Notes under the pieces: generated by a model
Seen by the model: only the letters and a program-made list of their open reading frames with translations
Told to the model about the DNA's origin: nothing
The model's database searches: none
Translations under genes and position numbers: made by a program
Part shown: positions 1 to 14,480 of the stretch, one piece after another
Layout: each line of letters begins with the position of its first letter
How positions within the stretch are numbered: position 1 is the stretch's first letter
Assembly (NCBI GenBank): GCA_048128005.1
Contig: JBEUKZ010000018.1
Coordinates: forward strand, 1-64,000
Length of the DNA stretch: 64,000 nucleotides
Source: Veleropilina oligotropha
Taxonomy: Eukaryota
Reading direction: 5' to 3'

Positions 1-2823
1 AGCTTGAAATCAAATTATAAGCACATAACACAATATTTAAGTTCCCTCGATCACAAATTCACAATTATAGCCCTCTCAGAAACATGGTTAAGTCCTGACA
101 TTGAGGATATGTTTCCTATTGATGGGTATACGTCAATTTTAAAATCCCGAATTAACTCTAAAGGTGGTGGAGTTGGGCTATATATTCTAAATTATATTCA
201 ATATAAAGTTAGAGAAGACATTGGTCACTTTTCTGAAAATTCCTTTGAGTCAATATTTATCGAGATAATTCAAAGCAAGCAAAAATATATAATTGTTGGA
301 ACTATATATAGACCACCTGGACCGAACATTAGCACTTTTCAAGAAAAAATGAATGCAGTTCTTTCATGCATCAACAGAGAAAATAAGCTTTGCTATATAT
401 CAGGAGATTTTAATTTTAATTTAATGAATTGCGAACATCACAACGAAACTGCAACATTTTTAAACAACATGATTTCATCCTCATTTTATCCTTTAATAAC
501 AAGACCCACACGTATTACTTCAAAGTCTTCTACACTTATAGATAATATCTTCACCAACAATATATCACACAAAGTATCGGTAGGATTACTAATAACAGAT
601 ATCAGCGATCACCTGCCGGTTTTTCAAATAACTCACTACGATATAGAGAATTTCGACAACTACTCTGCTATGCCAAAACGCAACTATAAATCTAGCAATA
701 TAGAAATATTTAAAAATTTACTTGAAGAAACCGATTGGTCACACGTTATCGCCCTTGAAGACCCTAATGAAGCATATGACGTATTTCATACCAAGTACAA
801 ATACCTGTATAACCAATCTTTTCCTTTGATAAAAGTATCAAACAACCCTAAGCGATGTAAACCATGGTTAACTATAGGATTACTGAAATCGTGCCGAAAG
901 AAAAACAAACTGTATAAGCAATATTTAAAACATAAAACAGAAACGTCAAATATGAAATATAAAAGATATAAAAATAAATTGAAGCACTTACTGAAAATTG
1001 CCGAGAAACATTATTATGCGAGCAAGTTACAAAGTTCTATTCAAAATTTAAGACAGACATGGAAAATAATAAAAGAAGTTATAAATAAAGAAAAATGTAA
1101 AAACTCTCTACCCACAGAATTTCACTATCAGGGACAAAACATACAAGGAACCGAAAACATTGCTGCTCGATTTAATGATTTTTTTGCAAACATAGGCAAA
1201 AACTTAGCAACAAAAATACCTGACGTTCAAACAAATTTTGATCACTATATGAAAGGAAATTACACAGATTCCATTTACTTTACTCCAATTATTAATGAAG
1301 AGGTTTGTAAAATTATTTCTCAATTTAAGAATGGAAAAAGTAGCGGATATGATAACATATCACCCCGTGTAGTGAAACAAACTCATGAAGGTATTATTAA
1401 CCCACTAGTTTCAATTTTTAACAAATCTATTTCTACTGGTATTGTCCCAGATAAGTTAAAAATTGCAAAGGTAATACCCATATATAAACATGATGACCCA
1501 ACAAATTTATCAAATTATAGACCGGTGTCGGTATTACCATGCTTCTCTAAAATATTAGAAAAGCTAATATACAACCGAATACTGACATTTATATATTCCC
1601 ACAAAATTTTGTATGACAAACAATTTGGCTTTAGACAAAACCATTCTACATCGATGGCATTGATCGAACTTGTTGATCAAATATCGGAATCGATGGACAA
1701 TAACAATTTTACTATAGGGATATTTATTGATCTCTCTAAAGCTTTTGATACCATAAATCATGATATATTACTCAAAAAGCTAAATCATTATGGGATACGT
1801 GGGATACCTTTGCAATGGATCTGTCACTATCTATCACATAGAAAACAATTTGTCAGCATAAAAAATGTAAATTCATCTGTTGAAAACATTACATGTGGCG
1901 TACCCCAAGGATCAATATTGGGACCACTATTGTTCATACTGTATGTAAACGACTTAGCCAACACATCTCAGTTATTAAAATTTATACTTTTTGCTGATGA
2001 CACCAATATTTTTTTCACTCACAAAAACTTTAACGATCTGATACAAATAGTAAATAAAGAGTTACGACATATTAGTCTCTGGTTCAAAATAAACAAACTA
2101 TCATTAAACACCAAGAAAACCAGTTACATAATATTCAACAACAGGAGAAAAAATTACCCCAAAACTGGTTTTAATGTATATATAGATGAAAACAAATTAT
2201 CACAAGTTGAACAAACAAAATTTCTCGGAGTAACACTTGATCAAAATATAAACTGGCAATCGCACATCAACAATATATGTAATAAGGTTTCAAAAAGTAT
2301 TGGTGTCATCTGTCGTCTTAGAAAATCGCTTCCATCGTTTATTTTGCCCACACTGTACAATAGCCTTATTTTACCATACTTACTCTATTGTAACATCGTT
2401 TGGGCTAGTACATACTCGAGTAAATTGAACAAATTATTTATTGTTCAAAAGAAATCTATCAGAATTGTTACATGTTCCAGCTACCTTGAACACACGGCAC
2501 CACTGCTGAGACAAGTAAACCAATTATCATTATTCGACATACACAAGCTACAAGTGGCAACCTTTATGTTCAAATTCCAAGAGAATAAATTACCTGTCAC
2601 TTTCAATAATTATTTCAGTCGAAACACAGAATTTCATCATTACAACACACGTAACAAGGAAAATTTTCATATAATCAAAAGCAGATTGAATATAAGGTTA
2701 CTCTCAATTAAATGTCAAGGTCCTCGACTCTGGAATCAGCTCCCAACTAACATTAAATCATCCAAAACACAATATCAATTCATAACACGTTATAAAATCC
2801 ATTTAACTAGAAACTATGTATAA
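1..2823 (+). CDS. LINE ORF2 (AP endonuclease + reverse transcriptase), CR1/L2 group (Crack-like); 5' end lies outside the window
   Basis: Uninterrupted 939-aa frame. APE motifs IIALSETW, GGGVGLY, YRPP, SGDFN, TLIDNIF, SDHLP. RT motifs NYRPVSVLP, QFGFR, FIDLSKAFD, GVPQGSILGP, FADD, KFLGV. The track's start codon is TTG inside the APE domain, so the true start is upstream. Confidence 0.95.
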   Translation, partial: SLKSNYKHITQYLSSLDHKFTIIALSETWLSPDIEDMFPIDGYTSILKSRINSKGGGVGLYILNYIQYKVREDIGHFSENSFESIFIEIIQSKQKYIIVGTIYRPPGPNISTFQEKMNAVLSCINRENKLCYISGDFNFNLMNCEHHNETATFLNNMISSSFYPLITRPTRITSKSSTLIDNIFTNNISHKVSVGLLITDISDHLPVFQITHYDIENFDNYSAMPKRNYKSSNIEIFKNLLEETDWSHVIALEDPNEAYDVFHTKYKYLYNQSFPLIKVSNNPKRCKPWLTIGLLKSCRKKNKLYKQYLKHKTETSNMKYKRYKNKLKHLLKIAEKHYYASKLQSSIQNLRQTWKIIKEVINKEKCKNSLPTEFHYQGQNIQGTENIAARFNDFFANIGKNLATKIPDVQTNFDHYMKGNYTDSIYFTPIINEEVCKIISQFKNGKSSGYDNISPRVVKQTHEGIINPLVSIFNKSISTGIVPDKLKIAKVIPIYKHDDPTNLSNYRPVSVLPCFSKILEKLIYNRILTFIYSHKILYDKQFGFRQNHSTSMALIELVDQISESMDNNNFTIGIFIDLSKAFDTINHDILLKKLNHYGIRGIPLQWICHYLSHRKQFVSIKNVNSSVENITCGVPQGSILGPLLFILYVNDLANTSQLLKFILFADDTNIFFTHKNFNDLIQIVNKELRHISLWFKINKLSLNTKKTSYIIFNNRRKNYPKTGFNVYIDENKLSQVEQTKFLGVTLDQNINWQSHINNICNKVSKSIGVICRLRKSLPSFILPTLYNSLILPYLLYCNIVWASTYSSKLNKLFIVQKKSIRIVTCSSYLEHTAPLLRQVNQLSLFDIHKLQVATFMFKFQENKLPVTFNNYFSRNTEFHHYNTRNKENFHIIKSRLNIRLLSIKCQGPRLWNQLPTNIKSSKTQYQFITRYKIHLTRNYV

Positions 2824-3096
2824 CGCATTATGAAACTATTACGAATTCCGAAACTTCACCTGTATAATGCATAACTTTAAAATATAAATTGCACTACTTC
2901 AATTCATACATTCCTATACATATTTATATTTATAACCACCGGGGGGGGGGGGGGGTGCCAATATAAGCCCGAGAGGGTTTCTAGGTGTCCCAACCATAAC
3001 ACAACTACGGACTGTATGTATATATTTATGTTATATATTGTAATAATGTATGTATGTTATGGTGAATAAATATTCAATTCAAATTCAATTCAATTC

Positions 3097-3099
<3 letters not shown>
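1..3099 (+). mobile_element. Young CR1/L2-group LINE including 3' UTR, AATAAA and (TTCAA)n tail
   Basis: After the stop: G-tract, ATAAGCCC-gaga-GGGTTT stem-loop (~2963-2980), AATAAA at 3065-3070, then a (TTCAA)n microsatellite tail to ~3099. Confidence 0.9.
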
Positions 3100-4949
<1,850 letters not shown>

Positions 4950-5020
4950 CAATGTAATGATTCTACATAACGTTACAACATTTGTTTAAACATTATGTAA
5001 TGTAGTTAAAAAATAATAAT

Positions 5021-8000
5021 AATTAAAGCTGCGAGCAGCTGTGAGGGCTTCAATCAGATAAACGAAATAAAAAAAAGACGTAAATACAAAAAAATAAAAA
5101 AGTTTAATTTAAAAAAAAAAAAAATTACAAAAAATACTAAATTTAAAAAATATTTTGCCACTCTGAATCGAATGCCGCCAATCTTAGATTTCTACGCCGT
5201 ATAGTTCTCGAGATATTGCAATTTTACCAATTTTGGCGGCCATTTTGTTTTTTATTTTTTTCAAAAAAAAAAGTTGACCTGGTTTAAAATAGCTAAGCTC
5301 TAGAATCAGTTCTGACATAGTTAGCCCCTTTTATGACCATTTTATATGGCACGGTGAAACCCACGCATCTCGGTCGGTTACAGACAACCAGTCTAATAAC
5401 GTCGCAAAAGTTGTATCCCATCGGATTCGAAAACGCAACGAGCAGGGCCATCCATGGCAGTCAGTTCAAGTCGATTTAGACCATCACTAGAACCACTCGG
5501 TCACCAGGCACCCAATGTAGATATTTCCGCCACGGTAACTAAAAACGTTTTACAGGACTGGTATGTCAGCGCGAATGACAAATTATTTGAAGATGAAACG
5601 TGCAGCGGATACTAATGAATTTATTCCCTGTGATAATTTACATTTGAACGTACAGCTTGTTGAATACCCGATATTTGACGCTGTGTGCAATGGAAGCAGT
5701 GTTGCTATCGGAAAAATCATCGGTCCAATCGGGGATCGAGCCCTCGACCCGTGGCTTTGTAGACCAGCGTCTTATCCACTCGTTCATCCTACCCCTCACA
5801 AAATATTAAGTGTAAAGTGGACAATATTGTTGTGCAAAAGTTTCTTATATTAGAAATTCTGAATTATGTTTAAATGTGCGATTGGTCAGAACAATGGAAT
5901 AAAAAAGTGTTTACCATTTGTAAACAATTGATATCGTCAGAGATATACAAAACATTGTGACGAACGTATATCAAAGGTCAAGGTTGCTGGTGCCGAAAGA
6001 TCACGAAAATACATTTTCGCCTGCTTTTCTGGTTTCTATATTAATATTGAAGCCAACAAGCGAGGGTCTGAAATCTCTGATTGCCTTGTTATTTTTGTGG
6101 CACATTTTGATAAAACAGTCGATTACATTGCTTAACAAGTTTATTCCCATGTATCCAGCAAGTGTTTCTTTTACGACACCGTCACCAATTGCACCAGATT
6201 ACGTCATATATTTATCGAGACTTCAAAAGCACAGTGAAAATCTTACATAAACACAGTCTTCAGACATGATGACTAAATAAACACAGATGGTAGACATGAT
6301 GTTTTTCTAACCATCGCTTGAGAGTAATTGCTCTCGACAATTGCTTTAAGAATTAAGATCACAACAATTTGGTGGTTTATACCAAAAGAAAATATATGAA
6401 TTAAGTGTGTTATTATCTGTACTCGGTATCAATGTTTTCACCATATATTAACAGTTACTGAATTATGTAGCCTTCTGTTGGCTAAATGTTTACTTAAGCC
6501 TGATAGCAGAACTTCTCAAGGGCCTTGCTGTCCACTGGACAGGGTTGGCGCCGCGGCTTTATGACACCTCAAAGAGACAGGCTCATAAACTGCCTACTTC
6601 ATCTGATAAGGCAATTAGCACTGAGCTGGTCGCGCCGAAATCAGACGAGGAATTAAAATAGTATTTTTTAAACAATGAAAGTACTTATTGTATTCTTGTC
6701 ACAATTCTCTAATATAACGATCTTTATATAGTATATTTTATGCGAAAATCTGGAAGAAAAAGGACGATTTTTAGAGGCACTATGAAGCAATATTCATCTA
6801 AAAAAACTAAGTCTAATAACTCTCAAGCAACTCATTTTAGCGATGTATTCTATAGATATTACATTAGATATTTTCGATACGAATAAAATGAATTGCGTCA
6901 CGTTTCATATAAATGAAAATTAAAGAAGTTACAGTCAATTTAATTTTGAAATTTAATGTCTTCATAACTCCTTTTTAATTTGTCTCACAAAGTATTCCAT
7001 TAGAACAACATATACCGATATAATGCTTTGTCAAAAGTACCAAGTGTCGATAAGATCACGCTACTCAGTTCTGAGAAAAGCGCATTTTAATGTTTTCAAA
7101 AAATCAAAGATTGCGACGAAACCATGGCATGTATTGGCTAAAATTTTGCGGCAAACATTACTTGATATCGATGCGCACTCACCCTGGAAGATTGGAAAGA
7201 TTTCGTGGAGTGCATTGAAAGATACTGCAGAAATGAAAAATTGAAAAAACTTCAAAATTTTGTCAAGATTAGGACGCCCGTAGCGATCTTAGCATTGAAA
7301 AAATGAAAATTTCATTTCCAAGAGATTGTTGTCTCAATAGTCTAGATCATGCCTTTGAAGATTTTGTCTCGATCTCGAAAGCCGTGTAAGACTTATATCG
7401 TTTTTGAAAAGAGGTCATTTTTTTACAAAATTGAAGATTACGACCAAAGCATAAAATCCCGAAACTTGAAAATAGAACGAGGCAATGCTTCAATGATGTG
7501 CCCAAGCACACATGAATTTTGACTGCAGAAATGAAAAATTGAAAAAACTTCAAAATTTTGTCAAGATTAGGACGCCCGTAGCGATCTTAGCATTGAAAAA
7601 ATGAAAATTTCATTTCCAAGAGATTGTTGTCTCAATAGTCTAGATCATGCCTTTGAAGATTTTGTCTCGATCTCGAAAGCCGTGCAAGACTTATATCGTT
7701 TTTGAAAAGAGGTCATTTTTTTACAAAATTGAAGATTACGACCAAAGCATAAAATCCCGAAACTTGAAAATAGAACGAGGCAATGCTTCAATGATGTGCT
7801 CAAGCACACATGAATTTTGAAAGCTGTAGCGATAGCCGTTTTCGCGCTAAAGTGCCCACAAAAAAACGTCAGAATAAGAACAAGATATAGCCATTTTTAA
7901 ATTGATTTCAGTATGGCCGCCGGTTAAATTAAAAATTCAAAAATCCACTCTCAAGACATTTTTGACAAGCGACTCTGGCATCCGAATATACTAATCATGT

Positions 8001-8422
8001 CCCGCTAGGTTAAATATTAACAAAGTTATAAAAGAAGCTAGTTTATGACGTAATTCAAGATGGCCGCCAGACTACTAGCGCCATGAAACTTGAAAATAGA
8101 ACGAGGCAATGCTTCAATGGTGTGCCCAAGCACACATGAATTTTGAAAGCTGTAGCTATAGCCGTTTTCGCGCTAAAGTGCCCACAAAAAACGTCCGAAT
8201 AAGAGACGTAATTCAAGATGGCCGCCAGACTACTAGCGCCATGAAACTTGAAAATAGAACGAGGCAATGCTTCAATGATGTGCCCAAGCACACATGAATT
8301 TTGAAAGCTGTAGCTATAGCCGTTTTCGCGCTAAAGTGCCCACAAAAAAACGTCAGAATAAGAATAATAACCGGTACAATTTCAATAGGGCTTCAAGCTT
8401 GAAAGAGCTTGAAGCCCTAATA
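5021..8422 (-). mobile_element. Helentron-type non-autonomous element, family A, with internal ~298-bp and ~155-bp tandem duplications
   Basis: Subterminal IR AGGGCTTCAA/TTGAAGCCCT, terminal hairpins AGGGCTTCAAGCT..AGCTTGAAGCCCT (8387-8418) and AGCTGC-GA-GCAGCT (5027-5040). The same ends occur in the opposite orientation at 28936 and 40867. Internal duplications at 7224/7522 and 8049-8360. Confidence 0.7.
5712..5795 (-). pseudogene. Degenerate tRNA-like sequence with Pol III-type T-run
   Basis: The minus strand reads GGTAGGATGAACGAGTGGATAAGAC...GAGGGCTCGATCCCC...GATTTTT, giving A-box-like and B-box-like motifs at tRNA spacing. The acceptor stem is imperfect. Confidence 0.55.
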
Positions 8423-8506
8423 ATAATAATTATCTTGAAATAAAAAGTTGAAAAGAAGTGTTGAAATAGCCTGAATAAAAATCCGGAATGTTGAAAAATA
8501 AGTTGG

Positions 8507-8620
8507 AGGATGAGTGTGTGATATGTAGTGTAATGCAGTGGATGAGGATGAGTGTGTGATATGTAGTGTAATGCAGTGGATGAGGATGAGTGTGTGATAT
8601 GTAGTGTAATGCAGTGGATG
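8507..8620. repeat. 38-bp minisatellite, 3 copies
   Basis: GGATGAGTGTGTGATATGTAGTGTAATGCAGTGGATGA repeated. Confidence 0.9.
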
Positions 8621-8633
8621 TATGTCATTTGCT

Positions 8634-9309
8634 GTTTCTGCATATTCCCCTAATTATGTAGTGCCCCCTCATTAACATCGTAGGATGATGTTGCTTAGGT
8701 AAGGACTACTGCCCCGAGCCTTTATATCAAGGGGCCGCGTTCATTAATTTTGAATATGTCAGAAACTTTTATCTGTATTGGAATAGCACATTCACCTGGT
8801 TAAATAGTGCCCCCTCACTAACATCGTATGATGATGTTGCTTAGGTAACGACTACTGCCCCTCTGTCAAAGCATTGGGCCGTTTTCATTAATTTTGAGTG
8901 TGTTAGACCTGAGAAAAAATGAAGAAGAAGAAGAAAGGATAAACAAGCCATACTCCATCCTCCATGAGTATGCCTGATTTCGTGTGTTGGGTATGAATTA
9001 TGTATAGTGAAGTGCACGAGGTGCGTGGATTTTATTTGATTTTGTTGGCACATATTCCCCTAGTTATGTGGTGTCCCATCGCTAACATCATGGATGCTGC
9101 TTAGGTAGCAGCTACGCCTTGGGCCTTTAACCCAAGGCCGCATCATTAATTAAGAATGTCGCCAACTTTTATTTTGTTCTCGTTATACACATTCCGCCTA
9201 GTTAAGTAGAGTCCCCTCACTAACATCAGTGTGACATTGCTTGGGTAACCTCTACTGCCCCTAGTCTATGGCACAGGGTGGCATACATGAATTGGGAATG
9301 TGTACAGCC
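8634..9309 (+). ncRNA. Four tandem ~125-nt putative structured RNA units of unknown family (8634-8766, 8784-8905, 9044-9166, 9182-9309)
   Basis: Shared core (CCC..TCRCTAACATC..GCTTRGGTA..CTAC-GCC..GGC..CATKAATT) with stems preserved by compensatory changes and plus-strand G-U pairs. Transcription is not shown. Confidence 0.55.
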
Positions 9310-9523
9310 TTAGCAAGAAAGAGTAGCAAAATAGAGGGTAAATGGTCGCCAAATGCGTTCGCCATCCAAAGTGCTAATAGTTCAAAGAGGTAACGTTTAT
9401 ATCGCAGACTCTGTGACAAATATAGACATGATTCGGCTGTATATATATATATCCATGTACATATTCTCAGGATCATTAAACATGATAATAATAAAAACAT
9501 TGGATCATAATTTATAGCATTAC

Positions 9524-9671
<148 letters not shown>

Positions 9672-9879
9672 TGAAACATAATTAACACAGCAATATGACT
9701 AGATTAGAATGACCTGACTAGAAATTGTTCATCAGGGAGCATTAATACTGTATGAAGTACACATTGGAACGTAACTGACATAGCAATATGACCAGACTAG
9801 AATGCCATGACTATAAATTATGCATAAGAGGCAAAACATTCCGTACATGTACAATCGCTGAGGTGTTCTGGGTTCAAAG

Positions 9880-11270
9880 TTATGGGAAGTTCGCAGCCTG
9901 CAACCTGTTCGAGAACGAAGTAGACAATCTTGCCAATACCTTCACAGAAGTACTACTTGCAACAGCTGATGAGATACTGGGGATAAAGCGGAAGAAAATC
10001 CAGACATGGGTAACGAACGAAGTCCTGGGCCTATGCGACAAGAGCCGAGATAGTATACATGTAATGAATCAAGGGTGCACTATTAACAAGTGCATAGAGG
10101 TGTCAGGAAGAAGATGAGAGCAGCTAAAGAGGGGTGGTTAGAGGCGCAGTGTTGAGCCATTGCGAAGGGATGAAAGCAGGGAATGACAAACAGGCCTACG
10201 ATACTCTAAATGCCATAATCAAGTCCAGTCAGTCATTGACAGCTGTCATCGTTGATGAAGAGGGTATGCTACTGACATTCAGCGACGAAGTCCTGGAGAG
10301 GTGGATGAGTACTGTGAGAGCCGGTACAACAATGAACCCCACCCATACCTCTCCACTTTGTAAGCCAACCAAATTATCATAGAGAGTGAAAACAGTCTAT
10401 CGGTACTGAAGGATGATGTAACCGCAGCATTGAGAAGCTTAATGCAGGCAAGTCACCCTGAGTCGGCAACGTCTCCACCGAACTGATGAGAAGCGAAGGT
10501 GAAGGAACTGTGTAGGCTCTGACAATTCTAACAGACGATCCGGAAACAGAGCAAGTGACCAACAGAGTGAAAACAATCGCTAGTGATACTCTTAGCAAAG
10601 AACGGACCCTCAGATTGATCAACCACCTCAGCAAGGTGATGCTAAGCATCACCAACAGCCGATTGAAAATGAAGGCTTATGAACTACTGTCGGATGAGTA
10701 AGCTGGGTTCAGAGCAGGTCGGAGTACTGTGGAACAAATTTTCAACTGCAGAATCATCAATTAAAAACACCTTCAACATCAACGCTACCCCATTCACAAC
10801 TTCATAGCCTCCAAAATGGCCTTTGACTGAATTTGGCATAACGGACTCTGGAACGTACTCAGTGGCTACAAATTCTAGGAGGGCATTGTTCAGGTCAGCC
10901 AGGCCCCACGCAAGCACTCCAACAGCGCAGTTCTTCTGAACAGTCAACCGTGAATATTCTTTCAGATAACTTTCAGCATCAGACAGGGATGCTTACTCTC
11001 ACTCCTGTTCTCTACAAAATTAATGCCAACATCACCATGAACAGGAGGCCATTAGAGGAAGTCAAAGGATGGTACTTTCACAGCAGAAATCCGTATCCGA
11101 TTCGTCACAGTTAAGCCACTGAAGCGATGGCCAGACTTAGTAAGATTTGGATTTAAATGAAATCACTCAGGAAGTTGCTCCGCATTTCGTAGTTGGAGAA
11201 CAAGACAAACGAGTACGTGCGGAGAAAAGTCGAAAGACTTAGGGCCACCAGGAATCTATCCTTGCCACGA
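9880..11270 (+). pseudogene. Decayed RTE-clade LINE ORF2 fragment
   Basis: Frameshifted fragments TADEILGIKRKKIQTWVTNEVLGLCDK, RTLRLINHLSKVML, AGFRAGRSTVEQIFNCRII and IRQGCLLS resemble RTE/BovB-type RT proteins. Confidence 0.8.
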
Positions 11271-11299
11271 AGAGACGGATGAGAAGTTGGTTCGGCCAC

Positions 11300-12834
11300 G
11301 GCCCGTCAGTCGAGGGAGGACGGGTTTTCGTCCATTTGACATTTGAGATAACCATAACTCTACGAAATTATTAAATGCACGAAAGGGTAGAAGAGATCGA
11401 GCTATATGAAATGTCATTCCCATTCCTGATCCCGTCATCCGTAAACCTAACCAAGTGGTAAATTTCTTATCATTTCTGATAACCAACACCAGGCGAGCTT
11501 CATTGTCCTTATAGCTGCACTTGTAATCTTCTTATCATTAGTATTGACCCTGAACCATAGGAAGAGTTTCCTGGATAATGACCCTATTAGTACCACAGTT
11601 TTAGATATAAACATCATGTGTTGCAAGTTCAAAAAGTGTTTGGGCGAGTCTTATTTTGAAATTTAAGATGTCGGCCTCTACTGAATAATCCAATGTTATT
11701 ATTATTTTCCATATCATGTTTATTGACCCTGAAAACATGGGTGTAGGCACCAAAATTATATCTCTATGCATCTAAATGAATGAGATATTAACAAATGAAA
11801 TTGTGCTTGGAAGCCATCATTTAATATGGCCGCCAATGGTGAGACCTCACACCGCGTGGAACATATTAAATACATGCCATAGATGGGTATAGACATCATC
11901 ATGTTCACTGAGCCGGAAAACATGGGTTTAGACGCCAGAATGATGCCTCTATGAACATCACGGTTCGAGATATGAGCAAAAATGCATTTGGTTTGCAACC
12001 CGTTTGTCGGCCATTTTGAATTTTAAGGTGACTGGCTCCTCCAACACACCCAATATTTCACAAAGGTATTCTAATCTTGCTTATTGAGTATGAAAACATG
12101 TGGTTAAACACCAGAATCTTGTCCATATGGCTCCCGGGGATTAAGATATTAGCAGTTGAAATTTAATTGGCGGCAATTTTGAAAATGTCGGCCGCACCCC
12201 GAAACTCATTAAAGACATGTCATAGTTAAATATTCAGCAGCAAAAAAACTTATACCGAGATTTTGGGTTAGTCTAAAAATCAACTTCTGACTATACTTGA
12301 CTATTAGCTCTTTGGATGGCGTACGCATATGGCGGCCATTTTGAAAGTTAAGATGACAGCCTCTACCAAATCATTCAGTATTATTATTGTTGATCTCACC
12401 ATGTTAACTGAGCCTGAAAACATGGGTATAGACGTCAGAATGACGCATGTATGAACATCATAGTTCGAGGTACGAGCAAAAACGTATTTGTTTTCCAACC
12501 ATTTGGCGTCCATTTTGGATTTTAAGGTGAATACCTCCCCCAAAACACCCAATATTACTAAATAGTATTCTAATCTTGTTTATTGAGTATTAAAACATGT
12601 GTATAGACACTATAATTTTGTCCATATAGCCCTCGAGGATCAAGATATTGGCAGATGAAGTTTTACGTGGCGGCCATTTTTTAAAATGGCCGCCAAAACA
12701 GTTGCCCAAGGGTGAGAACTCCACACACCCCTGGAACTCATCAATGACATGCCACAGTTAAATAATCAGCAGTCAAAAAACTTATACCGAGATTAAAGGG
12801 TTAGGCAAAAAATCAGCTTTTGACTGCTGGACTA
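11300..12834. mobile_element. Non-autonomous DNA transposon remnant, possibly Academ-like
   Basis: Repeated modules GACCCTGAAAACATGGGT..AGAC and GGCGGCCATTTT. Two similar end blocks (12235-12303 and 12760-12834), the second ending TTTGACTGCTGGACTA. The superfamily call is from recalled terminus resemblance only. Confidence 0.45.
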
Positions 12835-14480
12835 ATTATTTAATGATTTTATTTTATTGATTAGATCAGGTCTTGTTGAATTTTTAGCCTGTTGAAGAGA
12901 ATGAAGTCCACTGAGGGAGTATGAAAGAATTACAACTTTTGGTGGTTCGATTACGTTAATAATAATTACTATTGCTTGCTCGATAGCTACCATTTCTGTG
13001 CTATACATCGATAAGCTAGTTGGGAGTTTAAATGATTTGTTTACTGTCAACTCTGGGATTACTACAGGCAGCTGCTGACGTTTGTGATGTCTCTGGGTCT
13101 TTTGACCCGTCTGTGTACACTTTTTAATATCCATTCCATTTTTCATCTATGAAAGCTTTGGTTGTGGCTTTTATATTAAGAGACGGGTCATCTTTCTTTA
13201 TCATGTGGCTAAGTTCTATTGAGGATTTAACATGATTTTGTTGCCAAGGCGGTTTGTCTGCAGGTCTGTTTTGAACAATATTTATTTTATCAAGTTTTAG
13301 TTCTTAACTGGATCTTCGTGTTATCAATCCATACGGTGGTCGATCTACGTACCGTTTAATGTATTCTATTTTTTTGGAAGGCATTGCAGTTAGTGTATAG
13401 TTTAGCCGCGGGATTGGTTTCTACTTGAGATTTAGTTTTTGCCCAGTAGTTGAGTGTCATTTCTTTCCTGCGTAGTTCTTTCTAGTGGTTTGATATTTGT
13501 TTTTATTTCAAGACTGGCTATAGGAGACGATTTAAATGCTCATGTAATTAGCCTTAAATCTTCGTTTTGCATTTTGTCTATTTTCTTTAAAAGATGTGGT
13601 TTGGCTGAGCCGTTTGCCTGACAGCAGTAATCTATTCTCGACATAATTAAGGCTTTATATAGCAATGTTAAAGTTTGTCTATCTGCTCCCCAGTCGTTAC
13701 CAGAGACGCATCTCATGAGATTGAGCATTGTATTGCAATTATTGATGAGTTTATTTATGTGAGCATGCCAAGTTAATTTACGATCAAATGTCATTCCTAG
13801 AAATGTAGCTCTGTCTTCAATTTTCAATTGCTTGTTATTCAGTATTAATGTAGCTTTTATGTACTGTCTACCTTTAGAAAAGAGTACTCCTACCGTTTTC
13901 GATTCGGATAATTTAAATCCCTATTCGTTTGACCATTTATGAATTAATTTAAGGTTTTCGTTCATTCTGTCTTCTAGTTTTTTAACATTTTTATTCGAGT
14001 TCCACATCGCGCTATCGTCTGCAAACAATGATGATTTTGTCGCTTTGTTTTCTATCAGAGTTTTATCTAAGTCATTAATCATTATGTTGAAAAGAGTTGG
14101 ACTGATTACACTACCTTGTGGCGTACCATTTTCTAGACCGTAATCATCCGATCTTGAGTTTTCGACATTTATTTTCCTATCTTCCAAAAAATTACCAACC
14201 AATTTAGCATTCTGCCTGTAATACCTAAGCTTTTAATATTTTCTTTGAGTCATTCATGCCAAATCATGTCGTATGCTTTTTCGAAATCAATGAAAACTGC
14301 TAGTGTTTTTCTATTTTGGATGAATCCTTTTCTAATGTCATTTTCAAGTCTTACTAATTGATCTGTTGTCTGCCTATTTTTCCTAAAACCGCTTTAATTG
14401 GTTCGGGTTCAATAGATTGTTTTTCTCTAGATGATATACCGTTCTTTTGTTAATCATGATTTCTAGTGTTTTGCATATAT
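12835..14480 (-). pseudogene. Decayed I-group (I/Nimb-like) LINE with RT and RNase H
   Basis: Minus-strand fragments AVFIDFEKAYD, NGTPQGSVISPTLFNIMIND, LFADD, TFLGMTFDRKLTW and WGADRQTL. RNase H motifs VYTDGSK, YSTEMVAI and VILSYSLS. Multiple stops and frameshifts. Confidence 0.88.

Noticed and set aside
8640..9300. Twister or pistol ribozyme assignment (minus-strand GTT-ACCTAAGC-AAC and GAGG; plus-strand GTTAAATAG)
   Set aside because: The required P2 pairing and conserved nucleotides could not be built in any permutation I tried, so the units are left unassigned.
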